Of a stretch of DNA of 64,000 bases, positions 18,517 through 30,194 are shown piece after piece; position 1 is the stretch's first letter; each line of letters begins with the position of its first letter. The stretch lies in NCBI GenBank assembly GCA_002269645.1, contig NIVC01003185.1, positions 1,271 through 65,270 of the forward strand, written 5' to 3'. Under the pieces are notes generated by a model, which ran no database searches, was not told the origin of the DNA, and saw only the letters and a program-made list of their open reading frames with translations. The position numbers were made by a program, and so were the translations under genes. Source of the DNA: Macrostomum lignano (lineage: Eukaryota).

Positions 18517-21500
18517 ATGCGCTTAAAGCATTTAAAGACAATTCACCAACCAGCAGAAGGATCTGCTAGAATAGCTTGTTTGGCTTTCTCGCCCAACGGC
18601 AAAAAGTTGGCCATCTGTACCAGCGAGCGGGTCGTCCAACTCTACGATGATAGCGGCGAACGGAAGGACAAATTTGCCACTAAGCCCAGCGACTCCAAGT
18701 ACAGCAAGAACAGCTATCACGTGACCGCGATCGCATTCGGCCCGGACTCGGCTAAGCTGGCCGTAGCCCAGACCGACAACATTATCTACGTGTACAAGAT
18801 TGGCGAAAACTGGGGCGACAAGAAAGTTATCTGCAACAAATTTCCGCAGCAGTCGGCTGTCACAGCCATGATCTGGCCCCCGGAGCAGCAGATTATCTTT
18901 GGCTTAGCCGAGGGTAAAGTCCGGCTGGCGAACACGCGGAACAACAAGTCCAGCACGCTCTACAGCAGCGAATCTCTGGTGGTGAGCCTGGCGTCCAATC
19001 TCTCCGGCAAGGGTTTCGTCTCTGGACATGCTGACGGTCAGATTGTGCGCTACTTTTTCGAAGACGAAGGCACCGGGGAGACGTCCGGTAAGCTTTGCGT
19101 CCATCCGAGCGCGCCCTACGCCCTGTGCTGGGCCGGCGCCACAGTGGTAGCGGCCGGCTCCGACAAGCGAATCTACGCCTACACGCGCGAAGGTCGGCCT
19201 TTGCAGCAGTTCGACTATTCTCGCGACGACAACGAGAAAGAATTCACAGTGGCCTGCTGCAGTCCCAGCGGTCAGACGGTGGTTGTTGGCTCATTCAATC
19301 GGATTCGACTGCTAAACTGGAGCCCGAGCAAAGGCACCTGGGAGGAGGGTGCAGCTACCGAGATCGATAATCTGTACACGGTTACGGCCCTAGCTTGGCG
19401 CCGCGATGGATCTCGAATCGCCAGCGGCAGTCTCTGCGGCGCGGTTGATGTGTTTGACTGTTCGACAAGGCGCGCCGTGTACAAGGACAAGTTCGACGTG
19501 AAATACGTTGGACCAAGTCAGGTGCTGGTGACGGAGATGAAAACTGGTAGAAAAATTGTCATCAAAAGTCACTACGGCTGCGAGGTCAACGATTTAAAAG
19601 TGAGTTCAGTGATTTGTGTAAATGATAAATGAATCCCCAGAAGTCCTACTCTAGTATTGGCCCACCAGCTGCTTACTTGTGCACTGCTGTGATTTTTACA
19701 CTGATAGATAGACGTATAGATAGATGCAGCAGAAGGTTCTCAAACTTAATTTTTCCCAACAGCTATAAATTAAACTTAACATAACAATCAATTCTTCAAA
19801 TAAAGGTGATGGGAAATGACAAGTACCTTATCGCGTACACTACGGAGACACTAATCATCGCCGACATAAAAAACGAACGCGTTAGCGAAGTTCCATGGAC
19901 AGGAGTCGGCAACGAGAAGTTTTTATTCGACTACGAAAACGTGTGCGTCATCTTTCACGACAGCACTCTGTCAATGATCGAGTACGGCCAGCATCAGGTT
20001 CTGGGCTCGGTACGCACCGAGAACTTCAATCCGCATCTGATCAGCGTAAGAATCAACGAACGAAAACAGCTGAACGTGAGCTCAAATCGGAAGCTGGCCT
20101 ACCTGATGGACCTCAAGACTGTTTGCATCTTTGACCTAGATCGGCAATGCACCATCGGCCAGGTGGATCACGATGTGAAAGTTCATTGGCTGGAGTTGAA
20201 TGAAACCAGCCGGAAGCTGCTGTTCAGAGACAAGAAACTGCGCCTGTTCCTCTACGATGTTGATTCAAGCGAGCGGATCGCCCTACTCAACTATTGCTCC
20301 TACGTGCAGTGGGTACCAGGTAGCGACGTGGTGGTCGCCCAGAGCCGGGACACCCTGTGCATCTGGTACAATGTGGACTCACCAGATCGTATCACCAGCC
20401 TGCCATTAAAAGGTGACATCATCGGTGTGGAGCGCCTGGACGGCAAGACCAACGTGATCGTGCGCGATGGCGCCGCCTCGGTGAATTACATGCTGGACGA
20501 GGACCTGATCGAGTTCGGCACTTCAATGGACGACGGCGATTTTGGCAGGGCTGCGGCTTTCCTGGAATCGCAGGAGCAATCGCCGGAGGTTGAGACAATG
20601 TGGAAGACGCTGGCAGACGCGGCATTGCGTGCTGGCTCCGTGACAGTCGCTGAAAGGTCCTACGCGGCGCTTGGCGATGTTTGCAAAGCCCGCTACCTGC
20701 GACAGGTAAGCTGTGTAGTTGCTAAAAAACAAAAATTATGTTTCTATTGCGATGAAATTAGGTTTCCAGTGCTTGCTACACAACAAAAACAGGTGGACGA
20801 GCTGGTGCAACGGCTGGCAGCGGAGGGCGAGCCGGACCCGCTGCTGCACTACCAAGTGCAGGCAAAACTGGCCCTGCTGGACAGAGACTTCAAACGGGCC
20901 GAGCAGATTTATCTGGAACAGAACGCAGTTGACGAGGCTATCGAGATGTACAAGTCTATGCAACGCTGGGAGCTGGCTCTTGAGGTGGCAATGGTGAAAA
21001 ATCATCCCGAGTTGGAGCAGCTCAAGAAAGGCTACTTGGATTGGCTGAGCCGGACCAATCAGGAAGAGAAGGTAAGAAGGTAGAATGCACAGATGTCTGA
21101 TGTACTGCAGCTAAATAAATTTCAGTCTCTGCCAAGCCTTGAGACTTTATTGGAAATATGTTCCGCATCACACTACTGTAGGTAGTTTAAGTCAAGTAAA
21201 ATGGCAAAAGGACTAACGCCTCCAAAATCTGAATCACGCCGATAATACGCACAAAAGGAATTCCAGTTCAGTTTAGGAAGCATAATATGCCTTTCTTACA
21301 ACTAAAACCCGAACGCAGGTCGGCGAGATGAAAGAGCGCGAAGGCGATTACCAAGGCGCCATCTCTTTCTACCTGAAATCCGGTCTGCCCGGCCGGGCCG
21401 CCCAGCTGGCTTTGAGTCGCGACGAGCTGCGCTCGAACAACGACCTGATGAGCCGCATCGCGACCGCTTTAGAACGGGCCGAACTGTTTGAAAAAGCTGG

Positions 21501-24500
21501 CGAACTATTCGAACGCATCGGCAACAATACTGAGGCTATGAAGTGCTACAGGCGCGCTAAGGCGTTTCTTCGAGCCGTGGACTTGGCGCGGCACGCCTAC
21601 CCTTCTGAGGTGGTCCGCCTGGAGGAGGAATGGGGCAACTACCTGGCCATGCAGAAACAGATGGACGCAGCTGTACAGCACTTTATCGAGGCCGGAGTTT
21701 ACACCAAAGCTGTGGACGCTGCTATTGGATCGCGACAGTGGCTCAAGGTATTTAGTATAGGTCGACTTGAGAAGCCTAGTTAAAATGCTCTGGAAATACC
21801 AAATGGCCTGAGAACAACCGCTATCTATGAAACGCATTGAGAAAATGAAATAGAGGGGCTTGTAGCCTTGGTGGTCAGAGCGTCGGACTCACGACTTGAA
21901 GGTCGGGGATTCGATTCCTGATTCCACTGGGACACTTTGTATCCTTTGTGCAAGACACTTAACTCTGCATTGCTTCAGTTCACCGAGCTGTAAAATGGGT
22001 GCCAGAATTAGCTGGGGTAATTGAGGCTGTGTGTGACGACCCCTCCCCCCCAGTCCTTGGACTGAACAGCCGTACGCAGCCTTCAGATGCGCCGCGCAAT
22101 AGCTGCGGCTGAGCTGTCCGGTTGCCGCATTAATACAGATGTAATCAATTATTGTTATTATTACGATTATCATCGTAATTATTTTAGAGATATTCAATTT
22201 TAAGTTTACTCTCTTTCCGGCTTATTGCGAGCGAATCACGGCCGAATTTCGCGATTAGACGTCAAATTTAACCTGGGAATCACTTTTTGTAAATAGGAAA
22301 TTCGTTAGAAAAAAAACTAAAAATTACGCCTACGATCGTAAATGACTTCATAACTAGTTTACCTATAAACTGGCCCATTTAGTGTTAAGTACAGCTGCAC
22401 GATAAGAAGTAAGATTCAAGGTCACGTCAGGATTGTACATGCTGATAAGCGGCGTCTCTGAGAATGCATTACTCCACTTCAACACTTCGCAGGCGGTAGA
22501 GATTCTGCGCAACATGGGCGACGCGCCAAATTTGAAGCCCTACTACGAAAAGTTGGCCATCCATTTTGCTTCCACAATGGAGCTTGACATCGCCGAGCAG
22601 ATGTACGTTCAAGCTGGCAATGTGAAGCAGGCAATCGCCATGTACACGGACGCTGGCAGGCTGGAGGATGCGCACCGGCTGGCGAACAGCCACATGGACC
22701 GGCACGAGTTCAGCCAGATGTACACTAAACAGGCTGACGAGGCCGAAGCAGCCGGCAGGTACAAGGAGGCCGAGAAACTTTTCCTCACTATTGGCCAGGT
22801 AGATCGAGCCATCCGGATGTACAGAAATGCTCGAATGCACCATGACACGATGCGTCTAGTGCGACAGCACGATCCTGCTAATCTGGCGCAAACTCAGGTA
22901 AAGTAACGACCCTATATGAGACTGTCATCTGTTTTTCCTTCTTTTTCGATTTCTCCCTTCTCTCTTTTTCCATGGTGTCGCGGTAGGACTTCCTTCCGTA
23001 CTAACCGTTTAGATCGCCTTTCAAGTTTACAAGACCATATAAGACGAAAGAGACAACTGTTTGAATCTGACAATTTTCTTGGTACTCGTAACTCTATCAA
23101 AAATATTTTGATAATAACTTTTTAGGCGGCCGTAGCAGCCCAGCTGGCCGAAGAGGGCAACCACAGGCAGGCGGAGCAGTTCTTCTTGGAAGCCGGCGAT
23201 TGGAAGGCCGCTGTGAAGATGTACCGCCAGCTGGACATGTGGGAGGACGCCTACAGGGTGGCTAAGAATCACGGCGAGGGACCGGCGGCCAAGCAGGTGG
23301 CCTATTACTGGGCCAGGCACCTGGGCGGAGAGTCGGCAGTTAAACTGCTTACTAGGTATGGTGGATGCCGAGTCTGTCTGTTTGTATTTCTTATCGTCCT
23401 TACTAGGGGAACGCAGCCCAGTAGTCTAGCGCGCCGCTCTGATGTGCCAGAGCGGTCCCAGGCTCGATTCCAAGTGCAGTCACATTAATTTTGGGCTAAA
23501 TTGGAATCTCGGCTTGGCTCTGCTCGTGCAATTAACGGCCTTGAGGCCCAAACCCCAAGACTCAGTGAAGTGTCCATGCCTAGCAATAAATAAGTTAGAG
23601 CCGCTTTACACTCCTGTGCGAGTGTGTGCCTGCTCAGGGGAGTCGGCGGAATGGGCAGTAATGCCTCTCGCCGGTTGTGTGACAATGTCGCTTAAAGTGT
23701 GCCAGGGTGCACAGGCCTCTATTAATAAGAAATCGTGACTGTTTGCAGATTTTTTGTCTGCATTTGTGCCTTGCATTTAAGTGCCCTTAATGTTTCAAGT
23801 TTTAAATAAGGTCCTCCTCTAGAAGCCTTGTTGCATAAAACCATCCTTCAGATTCGGCCTGTTGGAATCAGCCATCGACACCGCCATCGAGAACTCGGCG
23901 TTCGACTTTGCTTTCGAACTATCAAAGAATCTCATGCAGCATAAGACGCCCGAGATACACTTAAAGTACGCCATGTTTTTGGAAGACGAAGGCAAATTTG
24001 CCGAGGCTGAGGAGCACTTCATCAAGGCTAACAAGCCCAAGGAGGCTGTGCTCATGCACGTGCACGCTCGTAACTGGGACGCGGCAAGACGCGTAGCGGA
24101 GAAACACGACAAGGGCTCGATCCCTGACATCCTGGCCGGTCAGGCTCGTCTAGCATTCGAAGAGAAGGAGTTCCAGAAGGCCGAGGCGCTGCTGCTACGG
24201 GCAGAACGACCAGAATTGGCCGTGAAATTCTACAAAGAGGCCGGCATGAAGACGGACGCGTTGCGAGTGTGCAAAGAGTACCTGCCGCATAAACTGGCCC
24301 AGCTCTCTGTGAGTTGCCTCCACAGCTGTGTCTCTGCCTGTATGTCCTATTGTCTTTGGCTGTGTCAGTGTCTGTCAATCCCTACCAAGCTGTGTCAGTG
24401 TCTATCTATTCTTACCAAGCTGTATCAGTGTCTATCAATCCCTACCAAGCTGTATCAGTGTCTGTCACTTCCTACCAAGCTGTGTCAGTGTCTGTCAATC

Positions 24501-27500
24501 CCTACCAAGCTGTGTCAGTGTCTGTCAATCCCTACCAAGCTGTGTCAGTGTCTGTCAATCCCTACCAAGCTGTGTCAGTGTCTGTCACTTCCTACCAAGC
24601 TGTGTCAGTGTCTGTCAATCCCTACCAAGCTGTGTCAGTGTCTGTCAATTCCTACCAAGCTGTGTCAGTGTCTGTCAATCCCTACCAAGCTGTGTCAGTG
24701 TCTGTCAATTCCTACCAAGCTGTGTCAGTGTCTGTCAATCCCTACCAAGCTGTGTCAGTGTCTAAATTCCTAGAGTTGTCAGTTTCTTGCATTTTTGTCT
24801 GACAATACGTTTAATCCTTTTTATCGACTGTCGCCGCATGCACCACAGGAGGAGCTCGAGTACGAGGCCACCGCCCAGAAAGCGGACGGCATTCAGAATC
24901 TGATCAGAGAGGCCAAACAATACGAGGCCTCTGGTAACCACCTGAAAGCGGTGGAGATGTACCTGAAGCTCACAACCGACGTCACGAACGACGAGTCGAT
25001 GTTGGCAGGCGCCTGGCGCAAAGCCGCCGACCTCGCCGTGAAATTCCTTAGCGCCGACAAGCACGAAAAAGTGGTAGACATTGTTGCCAACCGGCTGAAA
25101 TCGATCGGGCGTCACGCGGACGCAGCCGAGGTCTACCTGCGCGTAGAGATGGTCCAAGAGTGCGTGGACGCCTACATCAGCGCCGAGGATTGGTCTAACG
25201 CGCGACGGGTTGCTAAGCAACTGGAGCCAAGACTAAACAGCTACATTGAGACAAAGTACAAGGAAAGCCTAACCTCGGCTGGCAACGCTCAGGTGAGAGA
25301 GATTCCGATTGAACCCCTAGGCCCAGGGTTCGATTCCTCTATGCGTGCCTGTGCAGCAATCCGTGTGCTTGGCTTTTGAAATGTTTTAAGCTTAACGTCT
25401 GGTGGTTTTGAATGGTCGTAAAACTCACGATCCTTGAACGATGGTTGGTTGGTTGTACTGCAGTGACAAACGCAGAATTTTTAATTGGAGGGGGATGCAA
25501 CTCTAATGGAGGGGCTGGCAGCAGCAGCCTGAAGGGTCAGCTCAAGCGCCTGCAAGTCAGCAATGAGGCAGTCCGTTAGAGTGGCAGTGCGGGCCTGGCC
25601 GCGGCGCCATTGCTCGGTTGACCGGTGCAGCATGGCCAGGGGCAGGATGGACGGGCGCACCGTAGCCCAGGGTCCGTAGGCAGTGGCCCAGCAGCATCTG
25701 ACGGCGCCGGCGCAGGGTAGTGGAGCGATGGCGGAGTTCCAGCGTGGGCCATCAGAGCGTTGGTCGGCAGGCGCTCCGGGTAGTGCACGCCCAGCGCGTA
25801 GTGAAGCAGCGGTCGGTAGAGCGCGTCCAGGGCTCGCTCTCGCGTCTCGGTCAGCGGCACAGCCTCAATATGCCGTACAGGAGGATCGGCACCAAGTCTA
25901 GTGGATCGGCATACTTAGACCGCAGGCTGACACGAGCGATTGTTGGCTATAGAGGCTAAAGAGTTGAGCAAGACGCTTCAGCACTCAATACAGAACTATT
26001 GAATGCCTCAATGACTGCAAGTTGGTGTCCTTAAAATTCATAAACTAGCTAAATTTCATTAGTGAGTACATGCCTGACTATCAGGAAATCAGGGCCGCTG
26101 TAAACCCTGTGTGAGCGTGTTTATGAGTGCGCTTGCATGTGCTCAGGAGTGCCAGGGTGCCCAAACTTTGTTTTTAACGATAACGCCAACAACACTTCAC
26201 ACGAACCCAGGAGCTGGCAGCCACAGGCGACGTTGGATCCGCTGTTGACATGCTCGCCGCCAAAGGCCAATGGGAAAAGTGCCTCGCCATGGCCGAGAAG
26301 CAGGACTACAAGCTGCTGCACAAATATGTGGCCATGTACGCTACCAATCTCATCAAGGAGGGCAATACGGAGGCGGCATTGACGCTCTACGTGAAACACG
26401 GCGCCCCGGCGTTCCAGCAGAACTACAACATCTACCGCAAGATATTTAAGGACGTCATCAGCATGCGGGACATGTGCAAGCCTGGTGCCTATCCGATCTG
26501 GGCCGACCTGCGCGACTTCCTGCTCAATTTGGTGCACAATTTGGAGAAGTCCTCGGACAGGGGCTCGCAGGATCACGAACTGTTTGACCAGCTGCTAACT
26601 ATTGGGCACTACTGTGCCATTCGGTTAGTACTTGCCGACTGGCTTCTCAGACTCCAGGAGCCAGGGCCAGACCCCTTTACCCAAGAGGGCTAAGACAGAC
26701 AGCTCACTCTTTAATTACTTTTTCACTCACTCATAATAGCCACCTCACACCGAAATTAAGCTATGAACCCAGCTAAACACATCGCACGAATAACTAGATG
26801 AAAATTAAAATTGCTACTATCGAGTTTAAACCCCGAATCGTCATCACAGGTCAGCGATGCTGTCGGACGACTCTTTAAAGCCGCAAGCGACCAAAGTGGC
26901 CATCAGTCTGCTGCGATACACGGAGTACATGCCGGCCGACAAGGCCTTCTACGAGGCTGGTATAATGTGCAAATCCATCGGCTGGGATAACATGGCATTC
27001 GTGTTCCTCAATCACTATTTGGATCTAATCGAAGCGATCGAGGATCAGGACGATTCGTCCTTAAATCATTCGGATTTCGAGGGCACGGACATACCAGCCG
27101 AAGTGCCTCTGCCAGCCTCGCCCCACACTAACAGTACAGAGTACGAAGAGGTGAGTACTCGCCGAGTATGCATGGGCGTTTTAGAATACCTAGATAGATT
27201 AAATGATTAATAGTTTAGGCTTTTTAAGGGGTGTAGATTGGATTCAAAGGGTGCAGTTTGGATTCAAGGGGTGCAGTTTGGATTCAAGGGGTGTAGTTTG
27301 GATTCAAGAGATGTAGCCTGGATTCAAGGGGTGTAGTTTGGTTTCAAGGGGTGTGGTTTGGATTGAAGGGGTGTGGCTTGGATTCAAGAGATGCAGTTTG
27401 GATTCAAGAGATGTAGCTTGGATTCAATGGGTGTAGCTTGGATTCAAGGGGTGTAGCCTGGATTCAAGAGATGTAGCTTGGATTCAAGAGATTTGGTTTG

Positions 27501-27897
27501 GATTCAAGGGAGTAGCCTGGATTCAATGATGTAGCACCAATGATTAGCATAATGCTTTAACAAGATCCACCCTTAACCGCAGGTGAAAGCCTGGATCCTG
27601 GAAGTATCAATGAACCAACGCATGGAACAGACGCTGCCGAAAGACAATCGAGGCATATTCGAGGCCTCACTAATTGGCGGCCAGATGAGCCCCTATCCGC
27701 CATGCGTGATCACCGGTTACCCGGTGCTAGAGACTGGCGTGCAGTTTAAACGGACGGACAAGACGGCTAACAAAGACGATTATAACAAGATGCTGACGGC
27801 CACTAAGATGAGCCACTCTGTGGACTGCCAGGATGTGCTGAAATTCATCACGAACTGGTGCGGCAATCTGCCAATGCCGACTTACTCGTTCAAGTGA
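18517..27897 (+). CDS. IFT172: Intraflagellar transport protein 172, complete (1751 aa); exons 18517-19599, 19806-20705, 20793-21071, 21319-21747, 22493-22897, 23126-23355, 23852-24308, 24849-25292, 26211-26623, 26850-27150, 27583-27897
   Basis: Eleven exons splice in frame (5256 nt). N-terminus MRLKHLKT..., WD40 propellers, TPR-like solenoid and C-terminal PCVITGYPV...[11 protein letters not shown] all match IFT172/OSM-1 architecture and length. Confidence 0.95.
21855..22170 (+). mobile_element. CORE-domain-like SINE (family 2) in IFT172 intron 4; duplicate copy at 32055-32370
   Basis: tRNA-like head (TAGCCTTGGTGG; GATTCGATTCC), a CORE-like GCAAGACACTTAAC...CTTCAGTT...CTGTAAAATGGG segment and an (ATT)n tail. 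Homologues at 43039-43308 and 52131-52392. Confidence 0.8.
23406..23732 (+). mobile_element. SINE family 1 copy in IFT172 intron 6; duplicate copy at 33606-33932
   Basis: Colinear with 13928-14288, for example GGCTCGATTCCAAGT and GCTCAGGGGAGTCGGCGGAATGGGCAGTAATGCCTCTCGCCGGTTGTGTG. Confidence 0.9.
24358..24763. repeat. Minisatellite, 30-bp unit TGTGTCAGTGTCTGTCAATCCCTACCAAGC (IFT172 intron 7); duplicate at 34558-34963
   Basis: About 13.5 copies seen directly. Confidence 0.95.
25500..25960 (-). mobile_element. 3' fragment of an RTE-like non-LTR retrotransposon ORF in IFT172 intron 8; duplicate at 35700-36160
   Basis: Frameshifted pieces [52 protein letters not shown] and [21 protein letters not shown] resemble the post-RT region of RTE-type ORF2. 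Confidence 0.7.
27226..27533. repeat. Minisatellite, 20-bp unit GATTCAAGGGGTGTAGTTTG (IFT172 intron 10); duplicate at 37426-37733
   Basis: About 15 copies seen directly. Confidence 0.95.
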
Positions 27898-28479
27898 TTT
27901 GGAACGAAAATACAGGATTGCTGAACATATATACTACTAATAGCGACTCGGACTTTGAGCCTAATTAACGCCTACTTTTCTCGTTTAATAATTACTGTTC
28001 TGTTTTCTACAACCAAGACAAAATAAAGAGAGATTATAAATACGAAAGTCGATATTGCACCTGAACGTTTTCAATAGCCTTTGAGCAATATACAGAAATA
28101 AAAAATAATATTGTACGGAAGTAGAATAAATGTACTTCCTTTAATAAATTTCTGCTTGTTTATACTTTGCACCATTTAAAAACTAAAAAGAACACACCGA
28201 CAAGAAGTCTTTGGTTAATACTTGATACTGACGTAAAAAGAACATATAGGGAAGAGCGATGAAAAAAGATAGCCAAAACTGCATCAAAGAGCAGAGTTAC
28301 TGCTGAGCCATTCCGCTGACTCTTGAGCATACATGAGCACATGAGCTAGTCTAGGATACGTACTTCTGACACACCATCAATAAAAACTGGCACAATGGCC
28401 CGATGACAAAAAAAACAGAATCACAAAAACTGACGCGAGTCTGTGTCATAATCAACTGACGCTATTGGGTGAAAAACTG

Positions 28480-30194
28480 TCAAAGACCCGCTCGCCCAAT
28501 ACTGATAGCTTTGCACAACCATTTCGGCGACACGAGCGACACCAGGAAGCTGGGAATGCTGATGCCCGCGAGCGCTAATGAGAGCAGCAGACAGCCAATT
28601 AGACAGACGAGCGAAGTCAGGGTTGGTGCCAGGGACATAACAGGATTTGAAGGACTGTTGAGTAGAGTCTGCGGTGTAGTAGAGGGTAGCAAATTGCTAT
28701 TAGTTGGTTCATGAAGCTAAGAATGATAGCACTGACTGAATGTGGACCGTGTCTTTGTGGGGCCTGACTCATCTGACTCAATGTGGACCGTGTCTTTGTG
28801 GGGCCTGACACATCTGACTCAATGTGGACCGTGTCTCTAAGAGGCCTGACTCTTCTGACTCAATTTAGACCGTGTCTTTGTGGGGCCTGACTCATCTGAC
28901 TCAATGTTGATCGTGTCTTTGAGGGGCCTGACACATCTGACTCAATGTTGATCCGTCTTTGAGGGGCCTGACACATCTGACTCAATGTTGATCGTGTCTT
29001 TGAGGGGCCTGACACATCTGACTCAATGTTGATCCGTCTTTGAGGGGCCTGACACATCTGACTCAATGTTGATCCTGTCTTTGTGGGGCCTGACACATCT
29101 GACTCAATGTTGATCGTGTCTTTGAGGGGCCTGACACATCTGACTCAATGTGGACCGTGTCTCTAAGAGGCCTGACACATCTGACTCAATGTTGATCGTG
29201 TCTTTGAGGGGCCTGACACATCTGACTCAATGTTGATCGTGTCTTTGAGGGGCCTGACACATCTGACTCAATGTTGATCGTGTCTTTGAGGGGCCTGACA
29301 CATCTGACTCAATGTTGATCGTGTCTTTGAGGGGCCTGACACATCTGACTCAATGTAGACCGTGTCTCTAAGAGGCCTGACTCTTCTAAGTCAATGTTGA
29401 TCGTGTCTTTGAGGGGCCTGACACATCTGACTCAATGTTGATCCGTCTTTGAGGGGCCTGACACATCTGACTCAATGTTGATCGTGTCTTTGAGGGGCCT
29501 GACACATCTGACTCAATGTTGATCCGTCTTTGAGGGGCCTGACACATCTGACTCAATGTTGATCCTGTCTTTGTGGGGCCTGACACATCTGACTCAATGT
29601 TGATCGTGTCTTTGAGGGGCCTGACACATCTGACTCAATGTGGACCGTGTCTCTAAGAGGCCTGACACATCTGACTCAATGTTGATCGTGTCTTTGAGGG
29701 GCCTGACACATCTGACTCAATGTTGATCGTGTCTTTGAGGGGCCTGACACATCTGACTCAATGTTGATCGTGTCTTTGAGGGGCCTGACACATCTGACTC
29801 AATGTTGATCGTGTCTTTGAGGGGCCTGACACATCTGACTCAATGTAGACCGTGTCTCTAAGAGGCCTGACTCTTCTAAGTCAATGTTGATCGTGTCTTT
29901 GAGGGGCCTGACACATCTGACTCAATGTTGATCGTGTCTTTGAGGGGCCTGACACATCTGACTCAATGTTGATCGTGTCTTTGAGGGGCCTGACACATCT
30001 GACTCAATGTAGACCGTGTCTCTAAGAGGCCTGACTCTTCTGACTCAATGTTGATCGTGTCTTTGAGAGTCCTGACTCATCTGACTACAAATATAGACTG
30101 GGATTTAGCAAAGCCGGATAAAACTCTTAAGAAGACCCACCAGCAGCGAGCAGAGCAGGTGACTTGACCACACAGCTGCGAGCAGGTGCAGTTT
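28480..30194 (-). pseudogene. APH1: Orphan APH-1 3' fragment (last 54 nt of exon 4, intron 4, exon 5 at 28480-28668) created by the duplication
   Basis: Identical to 38680-40394. It has no start codon or upstream exons and abuts IFT172 exon 2 sequence at the junction. Confidence 0.9.
28732..30088. repeat. Minisatellite, 41-bp unit GACACATCTGACTCAATGTTGATCGTGTCTTTGAGGGGCCT (APH-1 intron 4, duplicated copy)
   Basis: Period 41 measured (29171 and 29212), about 33 copies. Confidence 0.95.
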
